From an uncultured virus (IMG/VR IMGVR_UViG_3300028797_000117) (lineage: Duplodnaviria; Heunggongvirae; Uroviricota; Caudoviricetes), in the IMG/VR virus record IMGVR_UViG_3300028797_000117: a DNA stretch of 64,000 bases; one strand, given 5' to 3'. The notes under the pieces are model-generated. The model was not told the DNA's origin and made no database searches. It saw only the letters and a program-made list of their open reading frames with translations. How positions within the stretch are numbered: position 1 is the stretch's first letter; every line of letters begins with the position of its first letter. A program made the translations under genes and the position numbers. Below are positions 27,391 to 39,464 of this stretch, one piece after another.

Positions 27391-28158
27391 TTAAGAACTC
27401 TGGTTTCTTTCAACATTCGAGTGAATATCGTCCATCCAGTCTTCGACTTCTTCTAAATCCTTTGCACCAGCTAATTGCGCTTTGATATGAATATCTCAAG
27501 CTAGCTTTAGCTGGAATCTTTTAAATTCATCAAATAATTGATAAATTGTATAATTAAGCAAAGAATTCATATCTTTATTTTCTCCTACTGCAAGTATTGA
27601 AATATATCTACTCAAAATAGCAATTTTCTGACTATCTTTTCCTTGTTTTGCCGCCAATTTATTATGACGATCTCTTAATTTATCGGCAATTTGACTTGCT
27701 AAATCTCCAGACGGATTATAGTCAGAATCAGTTGCGCCTCCGCCTAGACATAATATTTCATTCAAATATTTTACAAAAATGTCATAGTTATTTTTATTCA
27801 AATAAAATATTTCATTTTCTTGTTTAAATATAATTAACATTTCTTTTTCATTTATTTGAATTTCATAAGTAGGAAATAATAGAGCTAGTACCATTGTTGC
27901 AAAATTTTTAGTTTTTTGCACACTTGGATTTTTTTCTCTCATTATTGACATTAATATTTCAAAATTACTTATATTTTCTAAACGATTTCTGTCCTCAGTG
28001 TTTAACTTATTCTTATTAAATTTTAAAAACTCACATCCACTAAAGAAAGCCTCTTCTCCTATATAAGCTATCTCTTTTATTGTAGGTGGATGTAATAATA
28101 AATGAATCTCTTCTATTGGGATATCGTTACCAGATAATAATAATAAATCATTAATCAT
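27391..28158 (-). CDS. Tail-region hypothetical protein, 255 aa (code 4)
   Basis: Reads through the TGA at 27496 (KLA*DIHIKAQLAGAKDL..EDWMDDIH) to TAA. Confidence 0.7.
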
Positions 28159-28745
28159 TATTCTTCTTCATCTGGAATGCGGTCATCATTTCCATGGACT
28201 GCTCTATAGGATAAAGTATATCCTGATAAAACCTCATCTAAAACCAATTCATTACAACCTATAAAATTTAAAGTTCCAATACCTGTTAATTTTGCATTAT
28301 TTAAAATTCCATCAATATAACCAGCTATTTTTAAAGGTCTAATTTGATAATTATCCATAGTTCAATAATCAGTATGACAAATTATATCAAAATGAATAGT
28401 ACAATCTCTATATTGAGGATTTTCTGTATTAGTACTAAAATTATCAAAAGAAATTATAATATAAGATTTTATAATTTCTTGTTCAGGCATTGCAATTTTT
28501 GGGGCTAATTTTATATAGCCATCTCTAAATAAAGTTGCTAAAGTTGTATTTGCAATTTTTTCCTTATATTCAGGATTAGTCATATCCGATAAACAATCTT
28601 TAGTAGGAATTACTAATAATCTTAATAATTGTCTATTTTCAATTTGATTTTCAAAAAACAACTTTGTTAATATCCTTTCTGTATCTTTTTCAATAGATAA
28701 GAAAGATGATTTTAGATTAGGTAATTCAATAACATCTTTTTTCAT
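28158..28745 (-). CDS. Putative tail terminator/completion protein, 195 aa (code 4)
   Basis: 28362-28745 and 28158-28358 are joined in frame by TGA (IICHTDY*TMDNY). Confidence 0.65.
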
Positions 28746-28770
28746 CTTCTATCCAGCTCCTTTTATCCCA

Positions 28771-29748
28771 TTATAAAGATTTAATTGCAATTGTTTTTAC
28801 AATATCATCTTCATTTTCTCTTGAATATATCAAATCAAAAGATCCACTCTTACCTGATACAATAGTAACTTCAGCTTCACTCATTGTTTGATGTTTAATA
28901 GCGGCTTTATTATTACTTACAAACCAAACTCCATTTTCTGCATTCTCAATTGTATAAATTGCTGTATCAAATGGATACAAACTATCGTTTCCTTGTATTG
29001 CGGGAACCATGTCTTGTCCTGGTTCATCCTCAGTTGGTTCTTCTTCACCGGCTGCCGCATTATTTCCGCCGATGTTTTCAACTGTTTCAAATTCATTTCT
29101 AAATGTTTCTTTTAAGTAAACAATTAGCATTGTATCAGATGTGATATTATCAACCATTTGTACTTCCCATAATCTACCATTAATTTCTACTTTTGTGAAT
29201 CTATGGAAATAATCTTTAGTATCATCATCTGCAGTTATATATAAAACAACTTCATACCCCATCTCACTTCAAGAGTTAAGACCTTTAGTATGCCATAATG
29301 TATGATAAGAAGGTCTTCTTAAGTAAGCATAATAAGGCTTTCCATTGATAGTAACTTCATCTTCTGCTCTACGAATTGTTCCCCTGAAATAAGCATTTTC
29401 TTCTAATATTTCTTGAATAACAATTCATTTAGTTTCAGTTTCTTTCCAAGTAAATATATCTCCAACTTTCATTCCTATTTCTTGCATTTTCTTTTCGCCT
29501 TTTGCAGCGTTTAAGCAAATATCTTCATAAGGAATTGAAATTATTTTATCATCATAATCTTCTTTTAATTTATCATGATTAATCAAACATTTAAATTCTC
29601 TATTATCATTTAATATTGCGGTTTGTGCTTGATAACTATATAGTAGCGCTTTTTTAAGACTTCTTAATTTATCAAGATCCATTCTATCTTCTTGACTTGC
29701 GCCACCATTAAATTTTAGTCTTGCCTTTAAATTATCTAGACTCGACAT
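28771..29748 (-). CDS. Putative head-closure/neck protein, 325 aa (code 4)
   Basis: 29425-29748 and 28771-29262 are in frame via TGA (ETETK*IVIQE). Confidence 0.65.
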
Positions 29749-30052
29749 AATCCTTAATTCTATTTAATAAGTTTAAACATTCAAAGATTGTTCTTCTAAA
29801 ATTAAAGAAATCTTTTTCTTCTAAACTTACTAATCCTTCCATTTTATTTAAGAACATCAAAGACTCTAGTCCAAAAGCACTATCGAATAAGATATTCATT
29901 CCCGCAACTTCTTCTGTGATAGTAAATAAAGGGGTCTTTCAATCAAGACCTTCTTCTCTACTTGGTAATAACTTATATGTTTGATTAATAATTTTTTTTA
30001 TATCTTCAAGAATTAATTTATTATCTATTTCTGTATTATATTTAGTTATCAT
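29732..30052 (-). CDS. Hypothetical neck-region protein, 106 aa (code 4; absent from the ORF track)
   Basis: MITKYNTEID...LLPSREEGLD*KTPL...FRRTIFECL fills the gap between its neighbours exactly. Confidence 0.7.
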
Positions 30053-30053
30053 A

Positions 30054-30599
30054 TTAATTACCTCTTTCTATAGGGGCAACAATGATATCTAAAGTAGTTT
30101 TAGGAACGCCATCTTTTCCAATGGTTCTTCTTTTGTATAATCTTTGTAAATGAAACCCTTCTCTTTCATAATCTTTTTTCATTACAAGCAACTTTTGCAT
30201 ATGATTAGCTTGAGAAGTAAATTTGAAATCAGTTCCGCTATATTTCATTCTAGTATTTTCAACACTAGCTAATTGTTGACCTATCCATTCAACAATCATA
30301 TAAGTTGCAAGAATGTTAATTTCTTCAGAAGTTAAGGCGCAGTTGAAGTATCCTGTAAACACATATCCTTCCTCTTTATCCTCTTCTTCTTCCTCCTCAT
30401 CTTCAGGTAAAGAAAAACCTTTTTCATAATCGAAAAGGTTCTTTCTTGGAAATTCAAATTTAGGAATACTAGATATTAATAAATCTTCTAGCATATCATA
30501 AGTTTGTTTTTTTGTTAATTCCATATACATATCATCAGTTACTTTTGATAAGAAACTTTCATATACGTCAGAAAAAGGTGTAGTACTTGTTTCTTCCAT
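30054..30599 (-). CDS. Putative head-tail adaptor
   Basis: TPFSDVYESFL...DFKFTSQANH; position after the capsid genes. Confidence 0.6.
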   Translation of the reverse strand: MEETSTTPFSDVYESFLSKVTDDMYMELTKKQTYDMLEDLLISSIPKFEFPRKNLFDYEKGFSLPEDEEEEEEDKEEGYVFTGYFNCALTSEEINILATYMIVEWIGQQLASVENTRMKYSGTDFKFTSQANHMQKLLVMKKDYEREGFHLQRLYKRRTIGKDGVPKTTLDIIVAPIERGN

Positions 30600-30617
30600 A
30601 TTACACCTCCATTTTTA

Positions 30618-31196
30618 TTATCCCACTACTTTATATTTACTTTTTATTGGCTCTGATCTTCTGCCACTATTTGAATTTTGACCTCTAGCGGCTATAGGTT
30701 CACTTCTTCTTTCACTTGTAGCTTCCTCATCTTCATTATTTACATTTGATAATTCATCAATTTTAATTGCATTATCAACATTAAATTTTGTAGCCTTAAG
30801 AATTTCTTCTCTCATTTTTACATTGTTTAATCTTAAATCAACAGCATCTTTCTTGATTAATTCAATAACACCTCTAGGACCAAATTGTAAAGCATCTTTT
30901 AATTGGTCTAAAGTTCCTTCTGTTAATAAAGTTCTAATATCTTCATCTGTATAGAAATATTCAGGTTCAACATGACCTAAAATTTCTTCTGCGGCTTCAG
31001 GATCATCTATAATTAAATAATGTTTTAATAAAGCAAGTCCGCCATCTACCCAAGATAATTTTTCTATTTCATCGAATGTAACCTTTTTAACCTCTCCAGG
31101 TGAAAAAGTTCTATGAATATTTAAATCAGGAATTTTATAACCTACAGAACCACGATCTCTATTAATAAGATTGATTATTCTATCTTTTTCAACCAT
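30618..31196 (-). CDS. Hypothetical virion-module protein
   Basis: ORF with RBS downstream of the capsid gene. Confidence 0.7.
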   Translation of the reverse strand: MVEKDRIINLINRDRGSVGYKIPDLNIHRTFSPGEVKKVTFDEIEKLSWVDGGLALLKHYLIIDDPEAAEEILGHVEPEYFYTDEDIRTLLTEGTLDQLKDALQFGPRGVIELIKKDAVDLRLNNVKMREEILKATKFNVDNAIKIDELSNVNNEDEEATSERRSEPIAARGQNSNSGRRSEPIKSKYKVVG

Positions 31197-31362
31197 AATC
31201 TGTGCCTCCTTCTATCTCCTTTATAATTTAATTATACAATAATTTTTCTTTTTTATCAAACTATAGTAATAAAAAAGAGAGGAAGATTAATTATTATAAT
31301 TAATCTTATAAATAATTATAATACTCTTTCTTCCTCAATTATTTATTTTTTATCTATTATAA

Positions 31363-32397
31363 TTAGATAGATTGTATTAATTTAGAGTTTCTATAAACAC
31401 AAATGTTGTTAGTAATTAATGTAGCAACACCGAATTTTTTGTAAGCTCTTAATTCTCTAGACCAATCTTCATTTTCTACTTCTTTAATAGCAGTAGGTCC
31501 TTCGAAAGCGATTTTAACTGGTTTACTATTGTCTCCAGCTGGGATAATCCATGCATATGATGGATCAATAACTTTCTTTTCATTGTTTTCATCTTCGAAT
31601 GATTGATCTAATACAATTACATTGTGTCCTTTGTAGTTAGCTAAGTAACCAACATTCCATTTTTGGTCTCTCATATTGTCTGATACCCATCCTTCAGCAG
31701 GAACCATAGTTGCTGCGAATTCATAAGTACAGTAAATAGTTGATTTTCCATAAGAATCAGCTACTTGGATTAATTCATCCATTGAACTTTCTACAAATTC
31801 AGTTTCAGTTTTAACATTTGCAGTTGGTAAGCTTTCGATTGAAGCAACTAAAGCTTTTGCGATTTCTTTATAAACAGCTTCATCTAATCCTTCCATTACA
31901 ATGTCGATTAATTCTGCAAAATCTACTCTACCATCTAAGAATTCTTCAAATCCGATTTGAGCAGCTCCACCATATGCTACTGTTTCAACATCGATGTATT
32001 GTCCATCTAATTTGAATACTTCATAAACACCAGCTAAACCAACTCTAGTAATAAATTGTTTTGCTCTTCTTCTAGCAGATGCAGTAATTTTATTAACAAA
32101 TCTTGGTTTGTCTCCATTTGCGAAAGTTTTAACTTCAGCAAATTTTCCATATTGTTCTAATACTCTTCTTGGTAAAACATCATTGATAGTTTCTTCCATG
32201 ATGCTGAAGATTGTATTTTTATTTTCTCTGTATAACGCATAAGTACTAGCTAATTCGTTTAATTCTTTTCTTAAAGTATCATTTAAGTCAGAATAACTTA
32301 AGTTAGTTCCTTCATAAGAATAAGCTACTTGTGAAGCAGGATTTGCGTTAGCTACAGTTTTTGCTAATTTGATTAAATCATTTTTTGCTAATGCCAT
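31363..32397 (-). CDS. Major capsid protein
   Basis: 344 aa, highly expressed codon bias, portal-protease-decoration-capsid synteny. Confidence 0.8.
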   Translation of the reverse strand: MALAKNDLIKLAKTVANANPASQVAYSYEGTNLSYSDLNDTLRKELNELASTYALYRENKNTIFSIMEETINDVLPRRVLEQYGKFAEVKTFANGDKPRFVNKITASARRRAKQFITRVGLAGVYEVFKLDGQYIDVETVAYGGAAQIGFEEFLDGRVDFAELIDIVMEGLDEAVYKEIAKALVASIESLPTANVKTETEFVESSMDELIQVADSYGKSTIYCTYEFAATMVPAEGWVSDNMRDQKWNVGYLANYKGHNVIVLDQSFEDENNEKKVIDPSYAWIIPAGDNSKPVKIAFEGPTAIKEVENEDWSRELRAYKKFGVATLITNNICVYRNSKLIQSI

Positions 32398-32412
32398 AAT
32401 TCTCTATCCTCC

Positions 32413-32901
32413 TTATGCTATTCTTTGTACTTTAACAGCAGCTTGTCCGTCTGCTAAAGTATAAACCTTTACTACTTTAAATTGAATATCGCTATTTGCG
32501 TCTTTAGTTAGATATCCATTATCACTAATTCCCATATCGTCTCCAACTTCTAAATCAGTTAAAGATGTTTCTGGTAATGTAGAAGCTTTTTCTACCATAT
32601 TAGTTGTATAGATATCACCAACATTAGTTTTGAAAACTCTTGGATAAATTTCATCACCTTTAAGTGCGAAATCTTTGTAAGTTTCTCTATAACCATCGTA
32701 TAATTTAACTTCGTTGAATACTAACATCCATTCTCCGTCACCAGTTTTATTAACTTCACCGTTTTCATAGTCATATTTAACGAATTCACCATTTTCTAAT
32801 ACTTTAATAGTACTAGCAGCTGGTAATTGAGCATAAATTTGACCAGTTCTTTGAGCAGATAAATGGTTAGGTTCAACTTGTCCATAACCTAATCTTTTCA
32901 T
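32413..32901 (-). CDS. Putative capsid decoration/minor head protein
   Basis: GYGQVEPNHL...ENG motif; lies between scaffold and capsid genes. Confidence 0.6.
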   Translation of the reverse strand: MKRLGYGQVEPNHLSAQRTGQIYAQLPAASTIKVLENGEFVKYDYENGEVNKTGDGEWMLVFNEVKLYDGYRETYKDFALKGDEIYPRVFKTNVGDIYTTNMVEKASTLPETSLTDLEVGDDMGISDNGYLTKDANSDIQFKVVKVYTLADGQAAVKVQRIA

Positions 32902-32918
32902 AACTTAATCCTCCTCTA

Positions 32919-34295
32919 TTATTTCTTGCTATTTTGAGTATTTATACAAGCAGAAATCCATGCAGGTACATTACTTTCTTGTTCAAGATTGTAAGTTGTA
33001 ACTGTTGTATTTTCTTCTTCTGTATTATTTTTATTTTCTGCTGAATCCTCTGAATCAAAATTGACTTTTTTTCTAACACAAATTATAGATAATTTTGCTT
33101 CAATATCATCTAGACTATAATTATCAATGTTTTCTTTTACATCTTTTTTATCTTCATCAGATAGCATCCAGAAAGAATTAATTAAATTTTCTTTCTTTTC
33201 TTTTTCAATAGCATTTTTAAAAGTTAATAATTCTTCATATTTAGCTTTTAAAGCACTATATTCTTCAACAGATACAGTTTCAGGATCTGGTTCTTTAACT
33301 ATTTCTCCTGTAACTTCAACTTCTTCAGGATCAATAGTTTCTTCTTCCTCAACTGGTTCATCTATTTCTTCAGAAGGAGTTTCTCCTTCGTCCTCAGCTT
33401 CTGCTTCTTCTTCAGGTTCTGTAGTTTCTTCAGCTTCATATTCAGCAGCAGGAGCTTCTTCAATAGAAGTAGTCTCTGTTTCGATAGAATCTTCATTTTC
33501 GATAACTTTTTCAGCTTCATTTTCTTCTACAACTTCTTCAGCTGCTTCAGTAATTTCTTCTTCATTAGTTACTTTTTCTTCTAATTCCATGTCTTTTCCT
33601 CCTTCTAATGCAAATTTTAAATCTTGCATCATAGTAAACAATGTTTGTTTAAAATTTTCATCTACTTTAGTAAATGATCTACTTACTTGTGGAGCAGTTA
33701 CGCTAGCTCCTTCGAAACAAGGTTCAACATCTTCTCCTAAGATACATAATTTTGAAAATATTGCGTCATTTATTATGAAAAAATCCATACCACTTTTACT
33801 GTCAGTTGACCAATGTCCGTTTAAAGTGTCTTCATCTAATTCCATAGATTGACCATTACCTTTTTCGATAACTCTTTTAGCTTCTTCATATTGACCAGTC
33901 CATAAATAACCAGTAGTCATTAAATACTCTCTAGTAATTTTATTTCCAAAGTCATCAGTATCTTCAAACTCTTGAAACCATACCTTTGCATCAGGAGCTA
34001 CAAAACCATAAGGTTTAGTTAAACAATTAAATTTAATTCCTTCATCATCAAAAATAACTTGTTCACCATGGTCTGCAAAATCTTCTTTATCTTCTTTATA
34101 GTACCCTACGATAGGAGCGCCCCTTAAAGTTTTTGCCATATCTGCGGCAACTTCTTTAGTAATATAACTATGATTTCTATTTTCTCCTACATATAAAACT
34201 TTTATTTCACATTTAGACATTAAAGGATTAATTTCTAAAGGTTGAAGATTTATAAATTCAGGAGATTTAATAGTTGCAATTGATTGATGCATCAT
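32919..34295 (-). CDS. Prohead protease/scaffold protein
   Basis: N-terminal GENRN...PIVG...QSMEL..LCILG..VEPCFEGA protease-like domain plus a very acidic scaffold region. Confidence 0.75.
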   Translation of the reverse strand: MMHQSIATIKSPEFINLQPLEINPLMSKCEIKVLYVGENRNHSYITKEVAADMAKTLRGAPIVGYYKEDKEDFADHGEQVIFDDEGIKFNCLTKPYGFVAPDAKVWFQEFEDTDDFGNKITREYLMTTGYLWTGQYEEAKRVIEKGNGQSMELDEDTLNGHWSTDSKSGMDFFIINDAIFSKLCILGEDVEPCFEGASVTAPQVSRSFTKVDENFKQTLFTMMQDLKFALEGGKDMELEEKVTNEEEITEAAEEVVEENEAEKVIENEDSIETETTSIEEAPAAEYEAEETTEPEEEAEAEDEGETPSEEIDEPVEEEETIDPEEVEVTGEIVKEPDPETVSVEEYSALKAKYEELLTFKNAIEKEKKENLINSFWMLSDEDKKDVKENIDNYSLDDIEAKLSIICVRKKVNFDSEDSAENKNNTEEENTTVTTYNLEQESNVPAWISACINTQNSKK

Positions 34296-34372
34296 ATTAT
34301 AATTCCTCCTTATCCGGTTTTCCTTTACTTTATTATTTTATTTTTTAAATAATAAAATTTTCTTTTATTGAC

Positions 34373-35995
34373 CTAACTTTGAGATTCTTTATTTTGAATT
34401 GTTTTCTCTGAAACTTCTTCTCCTTTAGATTCGTTTGTAGGTCTACCCACTTCCGCATCTCCGTCCGCAGCATCAATTTTTCCTGCTTTATTTTGAGCAT
34501 TAACTCTATTTAAAACATCGGAATTCATTGTACTAGACATCATTGGTGGGATAAATACATTAACTAAATCTAAAATATCATTTTCAAAGAATGCTGTTGC
34601 TAAAATAGAACTTTGAGATTGACCCATAGCAATTTGAGGCAACATCTTACTAAATCCAACTTGCATTTGCTCTTTATACATTTTAGATAATTCTTTATAA
34701 TTATAAATAGTTGTTGTTAATAATTGTACTCTAAAATAAATTTTCTTTGGACTAGTATTGAATTTAGCAATCAAATCATTTAAGAAAGATTCAAATTGAG
34801 TTAATAAATTATATAAAGAAGCTTCATCATTTAATAATGATTTCTCTAAAGCAATATTACCATCAGTATTAAATTGCATTTGAGAAATACCAGCTTCATT
34901 ATAAACAGTTCTTTCAACTTTTGCTAAGTCATCCATAGTAGTAGTTGTATTTCTATCAGACATATCTGCAACATCAACATCTGCAAAAGTAGTTAATACA
35001 TCTACTCCAATTGCTTTGCTTAACATATTTACAGCGTTGTTATGAAGTTGTTGAGCTTCATCAACATCAAATACAAGATCTCCATTTTTATCTAATGGCA
35101 TCTTTTGAATAATTATTTTTAATAATCTTTGAGCCATTCTTTTTCTATCTAGTTCTTGTGCTTCATTTAATTCTATAATAGCAGGGATTACCGCCATTAA
35201 AATAGGAAAATCTTCTCCATTAATATTGAATTTAATAGTATTTTCTAATTCTAATAAATACCATCCAGATGTATCTCCTTGAAAATCAGGTTGTAATTTT
35301 CCTTCTTTATATAAGATATATCCTTTTTTAAATTCTTTTGGGAATAAATTTAATACTTTAACCTTTTGATTAGCATCTTTAAAAGCATCATCGAAATATC
35401 TCATATTAAATTCAACAGCAGGTCTTCCATCTACGCTAAATCTAGAACGACAATATTTAATAGGAAGTTCTTGGATTTGCATTCTATTATTTCCTGGAAT
35501 TAAATAACCATAATAACATCCATTTTTAATAACTTTTAATGCTACATCTCCAAAAAATTTCTTCACTTCAAAATTATCTAAATAATTTAAAACTTTATAG
35601 AAATTATCTAAGGCTTTTTCACTAACTTTTTTATCATCACTATTAATATAAGGAGTTACAAACCAATCATATCTATACATATAAGCTAAATATCTACATA
35701 ATCTTTGATAAATTCCGCTTACTCTATAGAAGAAATTAGAAACTTCTCTCATAGTACGTAAATCATTATCAGCAATAGCCTTCATTATAAAATGTTTATC
35801 TCCTAATCTAGGATCAATTCTTTTATAATCTCCAATATTTAAGACTGCATCTTCTAATGTTTTTATTCCCACTTTAATTTTTGAAAAATCAATAGGATTA
35901 AAATTTTCTGAATAAGGATCTAGACTTGTTTCTGGCGCCATTTTAAAGCCTTTAGCTTTAATTTCTTTTATTTTATTTGTTACCATAAAAGACAC
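34373..35995 (-). CDS. Portal protein
   Basis: ~540 aa, between terminase and protease, C-terminal GRP motif. Confidence 0.8.
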   Translation of the reverse strand: MSFMVTNKIKEIKAKGFKMAPETSLDPYSENFNPIDFSKIKVGIKTLEDAVLNIGDYKRIDPRLGDKHFIMKAIADNDLRTMREVSNFFYRVSGIYQRLCRYLAYMYRYDWFVTPYINSDDKKVSEKALDNFYKVLNYLDNFEVKKFFGDVALKVIKNGCYYGYLIPGNNRMQIQELPIKYCRSRFSVDGRPAVEFNMRYFDDAFKDANQKVKVLNLFPKEFKKGYILYKEGKLQPDFQGDTSGWYLLELENTIKFNINGEDFPILMAVIPAIIELNEAQELDRKRMAQRLLKIIIQKMPLDKNGDLVFDVDEAQQLHNNAVNMLSKAIGVDVLTTFADVDVADMSDRNTTTTMDDLAKVERTVYNEAGISQMQFNTDGNIALEKSLLNDEASLYNLLTQFESFLNDLIAKFNTSPKKIYFRVQLLTTTIYNYKELSKMYKEQMQVGFSKMLPQIAMGQSQSSILATAFFENDILDLVNVFIPPMMSSTMNSDVLNRVNAQNKAGKIDAADGDAEVGRPTNESKGEEVSEKTIQNKESQS

Positions 35996-36003
35996 CTTCC
36001 TTT

Positions 36004-36372
36004 TTAAAATCCTCCAAGATTGTAATAAGCATTCATAATATAATCATAACTAATTGCGCTTTCATCTGTATAAGGAATTGCAATTAAAATAATATTATGT
36101 TTGCGGCAATATTCTCTTTTTTGCATATCATTATATTGTTGCTTTTTTAAACCACTAATTCCGCCAAATTTACTTTTAGCTTCATAATGCTGTATACCTT
36201 GATATTCTAATAAGAACATTAACTCATGGTCATCATCAAAAATAGCAAAATCAAATCTTAAAGGACGACCATTATGACTTACTAAATCTGGAAAAGAATA
36301 TTCTTCTTCAAAATTAAGTCCGGATGCTCTTAAAATGTCTTCTATTTTGATTTCTCCACGACTTGCACGCAT
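36004..36372 (-). CDS. PD-(D/E)xK endonuclease-like protein
   Basis: SRGEIKI...LRFDF...LEYQGIQHY...NDMQKREYC motif. Start placed at MRASRGE after GGAGG. Confidence 0.7.
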   Translation of the reverse strand: MRASRGEIKIEDILRASGLNFEEEYSFPDLVSHNGRPLRFDFAIFDDDHELMFLLEYQGIQHYEAKSKFGGISGLKKQQYNDMQKREYCRKHNIILIAIPYTDESAISYDYIMNAYYNLGGF

Positions 36373-36485
36373 CTTATTACCTCCTCTATATAAACAAATA
36401 TATATTGGATAAATTAAACTTTTCATATTTCTACTTTTTTATAAAAAAGAGTAAAGGTCAATCATTTAAGATTGCCCATACTTCT

Positions 36486-38240
36486 TTATTTATTAGTAAA
36501 AAATACCATATCCGCAATATTTCTTTTCTTTCTTTTTTTCTTTCTATCTTCTTCTTGTTTAATATAATATAATCCATATTCAAAAGCAGAAAATTTATCT
36601 TTAGGAATTCCTCTACTAGACTGTTTTAAGATTATATTAACTCCTTCATTTTCTTCCACTAAATTTAACATTTGTTCTCTCAATATAGTTGTTAATGTAA
36701 AAGGCATTAAATAATCGGCCCTCTTATCATTATCCATATTTTGTCCTACTTTTGTAGACATTAATTTGACTTTTGCTTGTCCTTCATCTATTAAAAATTT
36801 AATTTTACCACTAAATAATTGAGTTTGAACATAACTATGAGCTTCAGTATTAATAGGAGTATTTGCTTTCATTAAGAAAATAGCATTTTCTTCTACTCCT
36901 GGGCCTTTTATTTTCTTATATGGTTCAACAGCATCTTCAGCAGTACCGCCTTCTACACCAAAAGGCATTAGTTCATCTCCAGATTCAGGATCAATTTGAG
37001 ATTTAGTCATAAAATCAATTAAACCTGCTCCTAAACCATTGGCATCAATTACCGCAATTTTAGCTTTATATTTATAAAATAATTTTTTAATATTAATTGC
37101 TTGTTGTTCAAAATCTTCTGCTTCATAAGAAAATAAATTAACAAGAGTCTTAAGTGCAGCACCTTGAACTTGCGGAGTTACTTTAAATACACAAACTTCG
37201 GTAGTACATTTAAAACGACCAACATCTACACCAAGCACATAATAAGCACTTTTGCTACTTCTTCCACTAAATTCATATTCAGGTTGTAATAAAACTCTAT
37301 GTTTATCAAATTTTTCGGCAGAGAAGAAGGCATTTTCTGCATCTCCACTCCATTCAGACTCATATTCACGAGCAAATGAATTATCATTATATGTTCCGTC
37401 TAATTTAAGTTCTTCAATAAAAGATTTCTTAAGTAGTTTTTCCATTACTGGAACTCGCCATGTCCCACCTAAAACGACGGCTTCCGCAGGTTCAATAATT
37501 TGTTGAATAAGAATTTGAATTAATTTTTCATAAGCAAAACTATTTTTCCATCCTGCGGTTGTTACATAAATTTGAGATTTATTAACAGTTTCTTCTTCAA
37601 CTCTACTACCATCTGAAAGTCTTCTATCAACGTTCATAGTTGGAATAATAACTTCATTTAGAAGAGTTTGATCAATTAAAATACACTCTTCCATTAAACC
37701 TCCTGTGGCACGTTTACCACGGGAACTTTGTTGTGCAGCAATAATATCTAATTTACTGCCATTTTTAAATTTATATTCAACCATATTTTTACTAGCTTTT
37801 GTTTGACCTCTTGTTCAATCTATTTCATTTTTTAAACCAGGAATTAATTTACAAAGCTCTTCTGCTTTTTCTCTTGCGATTCCCGCAGCCTGTTCTTTAC
37901 CACCTGTTGTAACAAATAAATGTGCGCCAGGAAATAAAGTACATCTTAACATTAAAATTAAAACTGATAAAAATGATTTAGAATAAGCACGAGGGAAAGT
38001 TGCATAAGCATATCTATGGCGCATTACTGCTCTTAAAAATACTCTTTGATAAAAGAATAAATTAAAATTTTCAGGGTTGCTTCCACATAAAAATTCAACA
38101 AAAATATCAGGATATTCTCTTCAAAAAGCAACATATTGTCTAATTATAGGAAGAACTTCTTTAATTCTTTCTTCAGATAATCCTACTTTTCTTGTTAAAC
38201 TCTTATTTTTACTTAGTTCCATTAAATCTGATAATGCCAT
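36486..38240 (-). CDS. Terminase large subunit, 584 aa (code 4)
   Basis: Walker-A-like FPRAYSKS, RGKR, LMEE, YVTTAG, nuclease GVDVGR and KDKFSA. TGA at 38121-38123 (AF*REYPD) and 37815-37817 (EID*TRG). Confidence 0.9.
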
Positions 38241-39463
38241 TATTCATCACCACTTTCAGATTCACTAAAAATATCCCCGTCCCTCTCTTTTTGAGATTCC
38301 ATTTCTTCAAGAAAAGCCGCGTAATCTTCGTCTTCCATCTCGATTACTCCATCTTGAGCGGTAGCCTCCGCCTCATTCATTTCCTTTTGAATTTGAATTT
38401 TCTTTAATGCATCTTCTATTTGTTGTCCAAAACCTAAATCTTGAGTAACTAATTTATGTAAATAATCATTCATATCTTTTAAAGTTGCATCAACTTTATC
38501 TTGTGGAATATCTGTTGCATATCTAGGAATAAATCCTTCTCTTTCACACATAGCAACTAATTCCCCAACCGAATCTACAAAATTATTTTTTTGCTCTTTA
38601 TTTTGAGCAGCTGTAAACTTCGCAGATTTTCTTAATTGATCTGATACTCTTGATAATTTTTGGTATCCATCTAAATCTCCAATATCAAGCGCTTGGTTCA
38701 TTTTTAAATTAGTTTTGCATATTAAAATTAAAGTATTAATAGTATCCGCATCTTGAATATCAAATGATTCAGTCATTTCATTATATATTCTTTCTAATTC
38801 AACCCATTCATTTGGTTTATATAAACGACCTCATTTCATAGCTAAATAAACTTTATCATCTTGAGTTAATTCTGCTCCTGTATCAATAAGCTCATCTTCA
38901 GATATAAAATCATCTTCATTCATTGCTTGAGTTGGCGCTTGCCCTGTTTGTCCGATTGGGTTCATGGCGCTTTGAGCGGCTGCTTCCGCATATTTTGTTG
39001 ACGCAGTAAGCATAGTTTTATATTCAGCTTCTGAAATTTCACCTTTTTCAAATTTTTCTTTAGCCTCCGCCTCTCTAGCTTCAGCTTCTTTTGCATGCTC
39101 TTCCGCCTTTTTATTATATTCTTCTTGGAGAGCTTCTGTATCTTCTCATCCATATTGTTTCCATTGTTTTAATTTCATTTTAGATAAGTATCTACCAAAT
39201 ACAGACGAACTTTTTAATTTACTTGGATCTTTTTCGTAAATTCTATCTCTTAATGTATTCCATTCCGCAGGTACATAAGGGACATCCATTTTCTTTAATA
39301 ATCAAACATAGGTACTTTCATCAAAATTATCAATATGCATAGTTAAACAATCTTTGCACATTTCAGTTTTACTACCATCTTTATAGGTAAAGAAACTGTC
39401 TTCACTCATCCATTTATTACATTTTTCGCAATAATATTTTTCTTTTATATCGGTTGCCGCCAT
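38240..39463 (-). CDS. Zn-finger protein upstream of TerL (possible terminase small subunit), 407 aa (code 4)
   Basis: N-terminal CEKC...CKDC. Fragments 38831-39013 and 38240-38776 are in frame via several TGA. Stop overlaps the TerL ATG. Confidence 0.65.
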
Positions 39464-39464
39464 T

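Noticed and set aside
33127..33852. 241-aa Ser-rich plus-strand ORF
   Set aside because: Antisense shadow of the Glu-rich scaffold gene.
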